The notes under the pieces: generated by a model
What the model was told of the DNA's origin: nothing
What the model saw: the letters and a program-made list of their open reading frames with translations, nothing else
Database searches by the model: none
Translations under genes and position numbers: made by a program
Assembly: GCF_011386835.1 (NCBI RefSeq)
Contig: NC_088795.1
Coordinates: 66,526,001 to 66,590,000, forward strand
DNA: 64,000 nt
Direction of reading: 5' to 3'
DNA from: Chrysemys picta bellii
Lineage: Eukaryota
Shown: positions 36,531 through 49,040 of the stretch, piece after piece
How positions within the stretch are numbered: position 1 is the first letter of the stretch
Layout: each line of letters begins with the position of its first letter

Positions 36531-38959
36531 CTCTAAAAAGGTAAAAAAAAAGATTAAAAGGCTAAATTCAGCTCTCAGTGATGCCTGTATAAATCCAGAA
36601 TAATTCCACTGATTTTAGTAAAGTTATTCCAGGTTTATGCTAGTGTAACAGAGCACCATTTGGCTCGCAAGTGCCTACACTATTTCTATCAGTCTTAGAA
36701 TGATATATTAAGCAGGTCTGTGATAACAAACAGCAATACGTCATAAAAAAAAACTATGCTAAAAAAGGAATCCTAGCTCTTAGTTATTTATCCAGTATAT
36801 AATACACTGAGACATACCTGAAGGTATTGCAAGAACCTACATTACAGAAACACTGTTATGTCATATAACCATTTGGGGCTAAATTGTGCTAAGTTAAACT
36901 AGTACAAATCAGCAATAATGCCTCTGAATTTTAAGTTCAGCTGAAGTACTTGATTTACACAATATGAAACATAACAGAATTTGCTTTTAATATCTTAGGC
37001 AGCAATTGGATATCATTTGTTATGTGCCAAACATTCACAGGGGCAATGAAAAGCAAACCAAAACACATGTTTTTAAAATAGATATTAATCCCTATCCATA
37101 GTTCTGGTTAAGATTCAAATAGTCCTCATACAGTCACCTTCTTGTCTAAAACCTACACAATTTTAGTTTCAGTCAAGTGTGGATTGTTGGTTTGCAATAA
37201 AATTTACTAGAAAGTTAGCAGAATGTCAGGCTTTACATAATCAATGAACCTTCTTAGTTATTTTACTAAAGCAGCCTTTTTTTTCAGACTAGATATTTCC
37301 TTTTTTGATTCCTGTGTGATCAGACTAGAGACTATTTGCCCCCAATCTCACAAAATGAAAAAGGATAGACTTTCTTGTAGATTATAGAAGGGAACTGAAC
37401 ATCTATTTGATCAGAACAAGAAAAATCAGTGTAATTTCTTCACTGCAGTTTCACCTACCATAAGTCTGTATTTTGCCAGGCATACCTTAACCCTGAGGAT
37501 TAATTTGAAAGCTTCATAGAGGTATCTGTGGCCTTAGGTGGAACCTTTCTTTTTCCCTCTAGCAGTGTGCTGAACTAGATGAATAGCAGCAGCACGTTAG
37601 AAGGTTCACTAATTTAGGACATTTGCAAGGCTGCATCTTGGTTTCTAGCAGATGCGGTTTCAAAAGGCATTATAAAAAAAATACTTAAGGTCCATTTTGT
37701 CTGCAAAAATCAAAAACTGAATGTTCACCCCTTGACTTGTGTCCACGGTGTGCTCACTTCTCCAATCCTGTTTTGATGTTCACTTCAGCACACTGTTTCT
37801 ACTGAATAGGTAGAAACAGGAACTATTTCCTAGAAATACTGAACATAGTGGTAGTACCAGAGGGATTAGAGTTTCCTTGCCCAAACAAACTGCAGTCTCC
37901 TTCAGCACACACTATCTCTACCCAAGAACATTATCAGAGGAGAGAGGGTGGGCGGGGGAGGGGAGAATGGGAGAAATCATAGAAACACCTACCCTTTCTG
38001 CTCTCAGAATGAAGGTTCCCATGCAACTCTCCTATTAGATAGGATACTCAGAAATGCAAACACTAATGACTCTGTCTACTTTTTTTCACTTTGGGAATGG
38101 GTTCCTGTCTTTTTTCTAGCATTAGAACATATATGTTAATAATTACATATACACTGTCAGACGCCTGTCATTAAAGAATATGCATGATTCCCAGAGATAT
38201 CAAACACCTACCAAACCAATATAATGAAACTTCATTGTTAATATAAAGAATTTTATACAACAGCAAAACAATTATCTCTTAAATAAAAGATTAGAGCAAT
38301 TTTTATTGTCTTTATTAAGGTATAACTGCTTGAAAATTGGATTTAAGCATATATTCAGTAAGGACTGCAGGATTTGGCTCTATACTAGTAGATTTATGTA
38401 AATGTCTCTTAATTTAAAAATACACGTTCTCATGGACAAAGAAGTTAACTTAAGGTGAAAAGGTTCAAGATAGGTAAAAGTTTCTAAAGGACAAAATATT
38501 TATGGACAGAATAAAAACGTGGGGAAAAACAACAGACCAATGGTTCAAGGAAAATGGAGAGAATCACAAACAGACAAAGAACGGGACAGACAGATATAGG
38601 AGGATACTGAAGCCATATAGGAGCAAAATTCAGAACAGCAAAGACAAATGGAAATACTATTAGGAAGGTTATAAAAGGGGAACAAGAGAAAAAAAAAAGA
38701 TTTAAAGCAAGATTGGTAGCAAGAGGATGACTTAAGACTTAAAAAAAAAACTGAGATGTATAGTTGCTATCCTATTCAGCCCATATGTAATAGAATAATA
38801 AGATGTTGAATGCAATAATAGTAAGAGAGAAAAGAGAAAACTCAGGATATAATATGAAAGTAACATATTAAATAATAAATGGACAATTTGAATTGACTTC
38901 ACATTAACAGCCTGATAAAATTCAACTAATAGTGTACTAAAAGAACTCTCAGAAGAATC

Positions 38960-39850
38960 AGAATCAAAGGCAATTATTTGAGAATTTGTGGAGAATGGGC
39001 AAAGGATTTTCTAATGGTAAACGCACGGCTAGATATGGTGTGTTAATCTGGCAACAAAGTGGTTAATTATCACTAAATTTATTGAATATGGATAAATTAT
39101 AATACTAATAGTTGTCACATTCCATTGACTAGCATTGGGGACAAATAGAAATACATTGTTGCAACTATGTTCTAGCTTTCATCTGTTTTAATCTGCAGAA
39201 AGTTTCCAGAAGAACAGCTTGAGAGCAGATGGAAAAAGAGCTAGCTTCTAAAATGCTTAAATGGCTGTTTTAATTTCTATCATATTTTAGAAACCTTTTC
39301 TTTAATAAAACTTAGCCATTGTGGTTATGTAAATTCCAACACACAGTTAGTCGGAGTTTTAATACAGGAGACATCATAGCTATTTTTGCAAAGGAAAATA
39401 CAGACCAGCAAGTTTAATTTCAATGAGAAGCAAATTGCTAGTATAATAAAGCAATCATTTTGTAAGCAACAAGAGGAAAATAAAGTGATTAGGTGGTAAT
39501 CTGGATTTGTCCAAAATTGCCATCAATTTGTTAGCATTTCAGTATCAAGTAGGGAAGAGGAATTGAGTGAGATCCTACAGGGATTTGTGGTGAGTGTTCA
39601 GTGTTACAGTTAAAAACTAGGCGGATAGAGTGGAAAGCACCTTAATCAAATTCACAGAGGACATTGAACAGGGACTAGCAATTTTTTTTGGTAGATACAA
39701 TAAAAATACAGTGGAGTCTTTATACAAACGATTAAATCAATAAAATGAGATACAAAACAATGCAAAGTGGGCTCCATAGTAAAGAAAAATCCAATGAACG
39801 CAAATTGAATGGAACAATGTTGTCTAGGTAGAAGTGCTATTTGGATGATA
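38960..39850 (+). mobile_element. Very old CR1/L3-like RT fragments; boundaries approximate
   Basis: Residual motifs such as GAAAGCACCTTAATCAAATTCACAGAGGACA (cf. ESTLIKFADD). Confidence 0.45.
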
Positions 39851-41348
39851 GTACATTTGTAGTAGATTTATATTGGATGATATCAATAGATAAGTGGACT
39901 AGGAATCTATTTGGTCTAGAACAAGGCTTCACATGTGTCCCTCTTTCCAAAAGTCCCTTTTATAATGTCCAAATATTTGAGACATCGTTACAGGTTTATA
40001 TTTATTTGTAAGAAACTATATCACAAAAAAGAACACAGTTTATCTGAATTTGATGTGTTTCCCAAAGCAAGCTAAGCTCATTGCACCAGAGAGAAGATAT
40101 GTTTTTCTTAAGGACAGTCTAAATTATTATTGTTATTTTTTAACTCTGCTCTGCCTGATCTGAATGTCTATTTATTATTATTTTCTTGGTGTTTGTAACA
40201 ATTATGTGACTGGTGCTTTCTGCTTCAAACAAAATAAATACATAAAAGAAAAGCAAATGTAATAGGGGATAATATAGTTGAAGAACCCCAGTCATGGACC
40301 TAGACCCACAGAAAGGTTGTCCCTGCTCCACAGAGCTTACATTCTAAGTATATCCATTAAACACCTATAGTACACGCTTGCCTTCAGGAACACAAAAATC
40401 ATGATGCTGATGCTAGTAAAGTATTTTGGCAATATATATAATTGCAAAATTAGCTGAGAAAAAAATTCAGATGTCATGGTTATTTTTTGCTGTGTGTTAT
40501 AAATCCTACTTATCAGATGGCAATTTAAATGCATACTTTACCAAAATAGCTCTCTACTTCTTGAATTCCCATGAGAATAATTTTATGAAAGGTAAAAGTC
40601 AGAAAATGTCTGTGGGATAAAGTCCCAAGAGCTAACCTGTTTACAAACTATCAGTATGAGGAGGTGAGTTCATGTTTCTAGAGCTTCAGTAATATCATCC
40701 AGCTTTTATGTTTAAACAGATGGTTTCAGGGAACAGGAATAAATCCACACTAAATACTGAAAAATATGTTTAAGAATACCTCTTCTGATACGAATAGGAA
40801 ATGACCCTTTCATCAGCTCTACATTCGCAAGAGAACTTTAAATACATCTATTTGTAAAAATGACATTTTAACACTTAACACACAATACTATACGACAATC
40901 TATGTATAGTTATTCACAGGAATAGAACATGTCCAACAAAGATTTAAAAGGCTGTTCTAAAGTTAAATCAATTGTTCCATAGCAGAACATTCTTTCCCTT
41001 CCCTAGAGCACATGATTAAACAATACTAGTAATGAGAGAGAGCCAGTATCAATATTTGCAACTTTAGTTGGTATTCCTGGCCAAAACAACCACAACCAAC
41101 CAAAATCAGAAAACAAAGCAAAACCCCCACAAACTTCAACTGGGATTTGCCAACAATAACCTTTGCTATTGTTTTTACAAAACCAAAAAGGACCACATTT
41201 ACAATTTATAAATTCTATTTGCCTGCCTATCTGCCTCTAAACAAGTTGTTGAATCATTAATGTTGACTGACATATGTTAAGAAACTGCCCTTAACTACTG
41301 TTCAGTGTATTATGTGTTCCCTTCTGTGAATGATCCATAGTGGATGGG

Positions 41349-42426
41349 TGTGACACTATACTTCAAAGCAACACCCTGGCACCCCCATATTTACCATGTT
41401 GATATAATTTTGATATGTTTTGTACAAAATATGCCTTGTGAGGTGGTATTCTAAAAGTCTTGATGTGTTGAACTTTAAATATCCTGTTGGATTGTATGCG
41501 AAGTTCTGAAGTCTTGCTGTGTGTGTGTTACTGAAATATGTTGTGAAATTGGAAACACCCACAACCAGCCTTTTACGTACAACAATGGGGCTACCAGACA
41601 GTGTTGATGGCCCATGAAGGGGAATCCACACTACTAAGGACTATCACAGGATCTGCATACAATAAAGGCTTCTCAGAGAGAGCATGTAAACAACGGAGAT
41701 AGCAAAAGATCTTCCCAGCAAGCTGGAGGACCTTAAAAGGAGGGGAAGTGACATCATTGTTTGGACTCACTTCCCCCACAACTCAAAACCTGGAAATACA
41801 TCTGGAAAATAAAGACTGAACTCGGGAGGTGGTCCCAGGCTGGAAAGGATAATCCCAGCCTGTGTATTAAGGAACAATACCACTAGGGTGAGACACTGCT
41901 TGATTCAAATCCTGTCTAGTTGATAGAACTTGGATTGTGTTTTTACTTTTATTTCTTAGATAATCAGCTTTGAGCTGTACGTTTACTAGTTATAATCACT
42001 TAAAAACTTTCTGTAGTTAATAAATCTGTTTTATATTTTACCTAAAACAGTGTGTTGCTTGGAGAATCTGCTCAGTGTAAAAAGCTGGTGCATGTCCACT
42101 TTCCTTTGTAGAAGCAGCGGACTGGGTAATAAATTTACACTGGTCAGGCTACTGACCAGGGCAAGATGGTACAGCTCCGGGGTCCTAGGCTGGGGAGCTG
42201 GGGGAATTGGCTGGAGCCTCTCTATTTTTAGTTCATGAGTAGCTAAGTGAAGCATTCATGTAACTCAGCTGGGTGTGTCCCTGCCTGTGGATGGCTGTGT
42301 AAGTGAAGGATCAGGAGAGCACTGGAGCTTGTCACAGCACCACAGTGGGAGAGGGAGCCCAGGTTGGTATGCCAGAGGACTCAGCGGTACCTCAGTTCCA
42401 AGTTGCACCCCAGGAAATCCATCACA
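41349..42426. mobile_element. Solo LTR (1078 bp) with perfect 5-bp TSD
   Basis: TGTGAC ... ATCACA; ATGGG at 41344-41348 and 42427-42431; TTAAAAGGAGGGG TATA-like site and AATAAA inside. Confidence 0.9.
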
Positions 42427-45400
42427 ATGGGTATTTTACAGCTCCCAGATATAGAAGTTGGTTCTTTAGCTCAAGCTGTAAAGGTTCATGCTTTTCATTC
42501 TAGTTCAATCCCATCATGACCAAAATAGCAGTCATCCTAAGAACATCATATCATTAGAAAGAGTATTAAAAAAATAATCATGCACTGGTATCTGAATTTC
42601 CAACAACAGGGTATTCTCATTCAGTGATACTCTGCATTCTGACTAGGAGACTGACCTCACTGCACATTTAGCAGTGGGGACCCTTGTGTGGCTTATCAGA
42701 GAAGGTGTATTGTCCCTTTTAGGGTAGCTAGAGACCCAGAGAGTTATCTAGCAGTTTTTATTCAAGTTGCATTTTATAATGATAAACTTTCTAAAGCATT
42801 TTGTAAGACAATGAGACTTTTAATTATGACAGTGTTAACTGCTCTTGGTGCAGTCTCTCTGGGGTTCCAGCAGTCTCCTAACTGGTCCCCTTCAATTCAC
42901 CTACAGTTAGACCAGTCCATAAATGCTTAATCTAAACTGAGTCTACCAGCTCTTCAGCTGTAGGACTTAGTCTTCTTTTTGTCACCTTCTTCAAAGCATG
43001 AATGGTGGCTCTTGCCCTTCCTATCCCAGGCTTTTCTGATGCACTTTTGCTCTCTGTTCTCCCTCCTTTATAGCTGGGCTTGTTTTCTTTATTGGTCACA
43101 GCTGTGGAGCATGCCTCTGTGATTGGCAGTTCTGGCAGCTGTGTGGCGGTGTGGCCAGCCTGATTGCCTGGAAACAAGGAAGAATCTCCTCTCTCTTCTG
43201 GCTACACTCAGTATAGGGTATGTAAACCTCATTTCAGTCAATATATTTTCTACTTATTTTTTCCAATATTAAGGATGCATTTTAAAATTAAGTAATTTTG
43301 TGGATATATTAGTGATGGGGGCGGGAGGGATGGTTATATTTAGCACTTAGGAACCTTGAAAGTGTCCTTCATATTGGAAATGACGATGAGTGTTTTTACC
43401 ACAGCACATCTTCCTCCCTTCTCACATCAGTACTGATTTGAGATGTTTATAATACTAAACATAATTCAATAAATGACAGTTCTGACATTTTCTTCAAGTT
43501 AACAAGGTAGCTGTTTTGGTACTGAAGCTCTGCTTTCAAGTATGCTATTCTATGAATCTGCAAGGTCTATATTTGGATGCTAATTCAGGATGAACTCTGG
43601 CTTGGGCTAACAGAAGTTGGGTTTATCATCAGCATTATCTCCCTGCGGACTAGGGACACAGGAGGATTCATGGGGGGGAATCATGACTGATATCAACAGG
43701 GGCTATGAAAGCTGCCTCCTTACTCTACTTTATGAAAATTAAATTGCAATAAAAGTTGAAAGGAAAATGAAAGGAAGGGAAACATAGGATAAGCTGCTCA
43801 GAGAGGCTTACTGAGCGGTGTCTCGGGATGGAGTAGTTACTTTATCTCAGTGTATATTTAATATTTTAGGTCTCACTGAAACATAGTATAACATCACCAG
43901 CATTTCCTAACTTGGTCCATCTGAGGTATGTGGAACAGATTTTTTTTCCCCCGTTCCAAGAAGGCCTGTGAAAATGGTATTCATTTTTAATGTTGACTGA
44001 GTTCTTCATTCAAAGATCCAGAAAGTGGCATGACTACATCTTTTAAAAAGTTATCAAAGCTCCAAATGATAGAGTCAAAAAGTAGTACAGTTCTATGGAC
44101 ACTTGTGGTACCATTCCTTACAAAAGCTACTTAGACTAGCATACTCATACCCTGCTTTGGGGACCTGGTAGTGGGAGACAAAGGACCAGCCTCATCTCTG
44201 GCATGCCAAATGATTCCGATGATACAGGTTCCTCAATCCCAAGATGGTGGAGATAAGGGTCAAGTGTCGAGTAGCTAAGTTATACTGCAAAAGCTGACCT
44301 GATTGCTAAACAAAAGAGAACTAAAAATCTAAACAAATCAAAGAAGACCTGATTCTACAGGGTGATTTGCCCCTCTTATAGAGTCTTGGCACTATCCTAA
44401 ATATTCATGTCAGTGCCTAACCTTCCATGTCCAAATCTCATTCCCTCACATACATACACGTTAGGTTACATTTACACTTTGAGTTCACATATACATGCAT
44501 ACTAATGCCAATTATCTCATTCTTGAAACCCATTACCTTTGGCCTGGACCACTACTTCCATGTTCTTGTGGTGTTCCTTGTGGTTATTGGTGTGTTCCAG
44601 AATTTTGGTAAACACATTCAGTTCTCCAAAGTCTAAAAGGATAACCATTAGGCCATATACTTATGACAGAGGTTACAGGCACTTCAGAAGTCACTTATGA
44701 ATTTAAGGATAAACAATCTCTGTTTTGATCCATTGAACAAGCTGACTAGGGAATTGGGGAGAGAGACTGTGTCATGGTTAGTGTGTTGGTTACGCCATGC
44801 TCTGCTGAGGACCACATCACTTCTTAGCTCCTATTCAATAACTTATTGAAACAAAGGGCTAGAGGACTTATCATTGAGATTCCAGAAGTCCACCTTTATT
44901 TACTGTCCACACAGTGATCCTCTTCTGTCCATTTGTGGAATACAGCATACTTGACTACAGTAGGCTTATGACATTATACCTCCACTATCAATGTTAATTC
45001 AAAAAAAAAAAAAAAAACTAATCTGCAATGCACTTTCCCTGACAGTGTAGGTTAATGTTACTTCACTGTAGTACAAGTTGGAGTTAAAATAAAGTAGTAT
45101 AAATGTACCTACTACAAAATTACAATAGTCAGATATTTGGATATACAAATAAAGATGCAGCATGTATATATTTACCTCATGTTCAAACAAAAAGTTGACA
45201 TATTTTGTTTTGCCTTCTTATTTCCTTTGTGCACCTAGGTTGAAATTCTGGCCACAGTGAAGTCAATGGCAAAGTTCCCATTAACTTTAATGTAGTCAGC
45301 ATTTCACTCCTAGTCACAGACAAGAAGCTAAAATGCACACCTATTTAATCCTACTCCAAGAGACTATGCTGAAGGGAGGGAAACACCTAATAAAAGGGAG

Positions 45401-46317
45401 GAAAAGTTCTCACCATTCAAGAACATTTATATAATAAGACGCATCAAGACTGTGCTGAACAGATCAAAATACCACAAATCAGGACTCTCCAGAACTTGGG
45501 TCTTCCATGTGCTGCTGCTACACCATCCTAGTGAAAATTTAAAAGGACTTTTGTGTTTGCAGTGTGCCGTTCCCAACCAAGGGAATATGAAGTTTGATCT
45601 TGTATTACAATAAAACATTACTTTTTGAAGTTAAAGCAATGAAAACCTCCACAAGGCAGATTCCCCACAGGTAATTCTAACCTTTACATAGCTGCTTCAT
45701 GACATAAAGTCTGCACCTTATAAATTTTACAGTGTAGAACATAAAATAACTGAAGTTTATATACTAAAATTCAATCGGAATAAAGTCTCCGAATAAGTTT
45801 AAATTGTTCAAACATAGAACTTTGATTGGATTTCTGAACAAGATTAAATGTCATTTTGCTATGAAGTCCATCTCAGCAGAAAATTGTATGAGTTCCCTGC
45901 CAAAGGATATACACAAATATATATTACATGTTAAGAGTCAGTTTTGGCCAGCAATTGTTACATAGTGAAAATAACCATGATATCCTGAGTAGTAACTCTT
46001 GATGAATGACTTTTTAATTGTGACTATAGTATACACACATATATATTATATACACACACATGCATGCACACACACAAATCTCCATGTGATAATATGGATA
46101 TAAAAATACATGTTTGCAAAGTCAAGCACTGAAAACTTAAGAAATGCCAGAGTTAAGGTTTCATCTGCAATCTTAATTCATCCCCCTTGTGAAATTACAT
46201 TATCATGTAGTATTTTTTCCACAGAACCCCTGACTTGTTTATTGTACAGGGTAGACAGTGCTTATTGAATGGGCAGTTGTTTCATCTTTCTTCATACTTG
46301 AAATGCTAATAAACAGA

Positions 46318-48480
46318 GCTATGACACATTGGGCATCACAAAGATTTGGTGGGATAATATGCATGACTGAAATACTGGTATAGAAGGGTACAGCTTGCTC
46401 AGGAAGGATAGGCAGGGGGAAAAGGGAGGATGTGTTGTCTTATATATTAAAAATGTATACACTTGGACTGAGGTTGAGATGGAAATAGGAGACAGACTTT
46501 TTGAAAGTCTCTGGGTAAGGATAAAACGGATAAAAAATAAGGGTGATGTCATGGTGGCGTCTACTATAGACCACTTAACCAAGAAGAAGATGTGGATGAG
46601 GCTTTTTTTAAACCACTAACAAAATCATTCAGAGCACAGGACTTGGTAGTGATGGGCAACTTCAACTACACAGATAACTGTTGAGAAAATAACACTTCAG
46701 GACACAGATTATCCAACAAATTCTTGAACTGTATTGGAGACATTTTTTTATTTCAGAAGGAAGAGAAAGTTACTATGGGAAAGGCTGTTCTAGATTTGAT
46801 TTTGGCAAATAGGGAGGAACTGGTTGACAATTTGAAAATCCAGGGCAGTTTGGGTGAAAGAGATCATGAAATGGATCATGATTCTAAGGAACGGTAAGAG
46901 GGAAAACAGCACAGTAATGATAGTGGATTTCAAGAAGGCAGACTTTAGCAAACTCAGGGAGTAAGATCAGGTAAGATCCAATGGGAAGTAAGTCTAAGGG
47001 GAAAAACAGTTCAAGAGAGTTTGAAAAACTTCCAAGAGACATTATTAAGGGCACCAGAGCAAACTATCCCACTGCGTAAGAAATATAGGAAATATGGCAA
47101 GAGACAACCCTCTTCAGAGATCTGAAGCTCAAAAGAGAGTATTGCAAAAAGTGGAAATTAGGTCAAATTATAAAGGATGAATACAAACAAAACACAATTA
47201 TGTAGGGATAAAATTAGAAAGGCACAAAACAAGATTAAACTAGCTACAGACAAAGAGTAACAGGAAAACGTTGTCTGAATACATTAGAAGCAAGAGGAAG
47301 ACCAAGGACAGGGTAGGCCTGTCACTCAATTAGAGGGGGGAAATAACAACAGAAAATGTGGAAATGGCAGAAGTGCTATGACTTTTTGTTTCAGTTTCTC
47401 ATAAACAAACTAGGGGAGATACTACCTATATGGAGCTATTATAAGATGGATATATAACTGGTTGGAAAACCATTCCCAAAGAGTCGTTATCAGTGGTTAA
47501 CCATCAAGCTGGAAGGGCATATTGAGTGGGATCCCACCGGGATCAGTTTTGGGTCCAGTTCTGTTCAGTATGTTCATCAATGATTTACATAATGGCATAG
47601 AGAGAACACTTATAACGTTTGTGGATGAAACCACGCTGGGAGGTTGCAAGTGCTTTGGAGGATTAAAATTCAAAATGATCTGGACAAACTGGAGAAATGG
47701 TCTGAAGTAAAAAGGATGAAATTCAATAAGGACAAATGCAAAATACTCCACTTAGGAAGGAACAATTAGTTGCACACATACAAAATAGGAAATGACTGCC
47801 TAGAAAGGAATACTGCAGAAAAGGATCTGGGGGTCATAGAGTATCACAAGCTAAATATGAGTCAACAGTGCAACACTGTTGCAAAACAAGCAAACATAAT
47901 TCTGGGATGTACCTGCAGGAAAGTTGTAAGTGAGACACAAGAACTAATTCTTCTGCTCTACTTTGCACTGATATGGCCTTAACTGGAGTAGTGTGTCCAC
48001 TGGGTGCCACATTTTAGGAAAGATGTGGATAAACTGGAGAAAATCCAGAGAAGAACAACAAAAATTATTAAAGGCCTAGAAAACATGACCTATGAGAGAA
48101 GATTGAAACAATTGGGTTTGTTTAGTCTGGAGAAGAGAAGACTGAGAGGGGACATGAACATGGCAGTTTTCAAGAACATAAAACATTGTTACAAGGAGGA
48201 GAGAGAAAAATTGGTTTTCTTAACCACTGAGGATAGGACAAGAAGCAATGTGCATAAAGTGGTTTAGGTTTGACATTTGGAAAAATTTCCTAACTGCTAG
48301 AGTGGTAAAACACTGGAATAAATAGCCTGGGGTTGTGGAATTTCCATCATTGGAGATTTTAAAGAGCAGGTTAGACAAACACTTGCCAGGGATGGTCTAG
48401 ATAATACTGAGTCCTGCCATGAGTTCAGCGGACTGGACTAAATGACCTCTTGCAGTCCTTTCCAGTTCTGTGATTCTATA
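46318..48480 (+). mobile_element. Degenerate CR1 LINE: endonuclease region, internal deletion, RT and 3' UTR
   Basis: ORF fragments RKDRQGEKGGCVVLYIK (EN), SGIPPGSVLGPVLFSMFINDL...FVDET (RT) and [11 protein letters not shown]-type C-terminus; tail TTCTGTGATTCTAT. Confidence 0.92.
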
Positions 48481-48584
48481 TCTTCATTATTTAATGTCTT
48501 TGCCTTAGAACATATTTACCACAATTCCTCCAGACTCTAAACTGAATAAAGCATTTTTTATTTTCTCACCTGCTTTTCTATGGC

Positions 48585-49040
48585 ACTCATCACTGTAGTA
48601 TCTGACTATTTCACAAACATTTATGAATTTATCTTCCCTAACCCGTAAGTGAGGTGAGAAGATGTTGTTATATCCATTTCAGAGGTGGAGGAATGAAGCA
48701 CAGACATATTAAGGCCAAAACTGTAAAAGGTATCCATAAATTTGGGTGCCCAACTTGAGATACATAGTGCCTGACATTTCAGAGTACTTAGTATTGCTAT
48801 AGTGTTTTATATATTTAAGAATAGCTTCCATTGCCTGCAGCTGAAGTTGTGACAGCTCAGTACTTCTGCAAATCAGACCCCACGATTTAGAGTCAAGCAT
48901 CCAAAAATTGCAGATACAAAGTTAGCGTCTACTTGTGAAAAGTTTTGTTTAGGTGACTTGCCTAGGATCACATAGGAATTCTGAGGCAATGACAGTTCCG
49001 CAGGGTGGGGATTTGACTGCTTTAACCATGAGACAGTACT
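48585..49040 (-). mobile_element. MIR-type SINE split by an ~240-bp insert
   Basis: ATATCCATTTCAGAGGTGGAGGAATGAAGCACAGA (to ~48706) resumes as GGTGACTTGCCTAGGATCACA at ~48952. Confidence 0.6.

Noticed and set aside
43500-43735. Minus-strand polypyrimidine tract followed by SKEAAFIAPVDISHDSPP*
   Set aside because: All frames stop quickly and no donor yields a coherent exon.
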